Assembly: GCF_032062105.1 (NCBI RefSeq)
Contig: NW_026924059.1
Coordinates: 124,001-188,000, forward strand
Source of the DNA: Saccostrea cucullata
Taxonomy: Eukaryota
Reading direction: 5' to 3'
DNA: 64,000 nucleotides
Each line of letters begins with the position of its first letter. The first letter of the stretch is position 1. The translations under genes were made by a program, and so were the position numbers. Of this stretch, positions 63,581-64,000 are shown in pieces. Under the pieces are notes generated by a model. That model saw only the letters and a program-made list of their open reading frames with translations. It was not told the origin of the DNA and searched no databases.

Positions 63581-64000
63581 CCTATACAGTTTTTATTACA
63601 TACATTGGCTTTTATTAATTAGATTATGTTTTTTGGCTATCATTTGTGTCTGTTGGGGGGGGGGGGGGGGGGGCATATCAGATATTGATCGTAAATGACC
63701 TTAAACTGTCTATGATTTTGAAATTCTTGGGTAATTATGACATTCAGATAGTATTCCTATTGTTAACTACATTTCTGTATTACGAGTACATCATTTTACT
63801 AAATGATCTTTATGTTCAGTGTTTGACTAAAATTCTACTATACGTTTCTTTTTTTGAAGAATATGTGATACATCTACACATCGTCTCGAGCCACGGTCCT
63901 TAGTCCGCATTTAGCTCTCTCCTACCCGTGGCTGCTTGATCACTAAAAGTTTCGTAATCTTGAATATTTACGCCTCTATACTGTGACGTCATATTTAGCC

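Overview
AT-rich (my estimate about 30% GC) eukaryotic genomic DNA, most consistent with an oyster or other bivalve mollusc. This is inferred from the repeat families: Naiad-type Penelope-like retroelements, Meta-type tRNA SINEs with (AATC)n tails, and Helentron-associated elements carrying oyster-type satellite arrays. Two host genes are supportable. The first is a single-coding-exon class A (rhodopsin-like) peptide-type GPCR on + (ATG 50082 to stop 51368). The second is a convergent multi-exon gene on - whose last three exons (58128-57943, 56828-56763, 56666-56473) splice in frame into a membrane-anchored protein ending in an 8-Cys chitin-binding (peritrophin/CBM14-like) domain. The rest is mostly transposon debris: a decayed Naiad RT interrupted at its catalytic motif by a hairpin element, about 13 copies of a structured Naiad 3' RNA motif, three ~1.05-kb mariner-derived elements, a decayed Tc1 transposase, nested Helentron-type elements with 147-bp arrays, MITEs and SINEs. 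A diverged ~1.4-kb direct duplication brackets the GPCR exon. There are no prokaryotic features or CRISPR arrays. Most short ORFs in the supplied track are spurious. Family assignments come from recalled motifs, not database searches.
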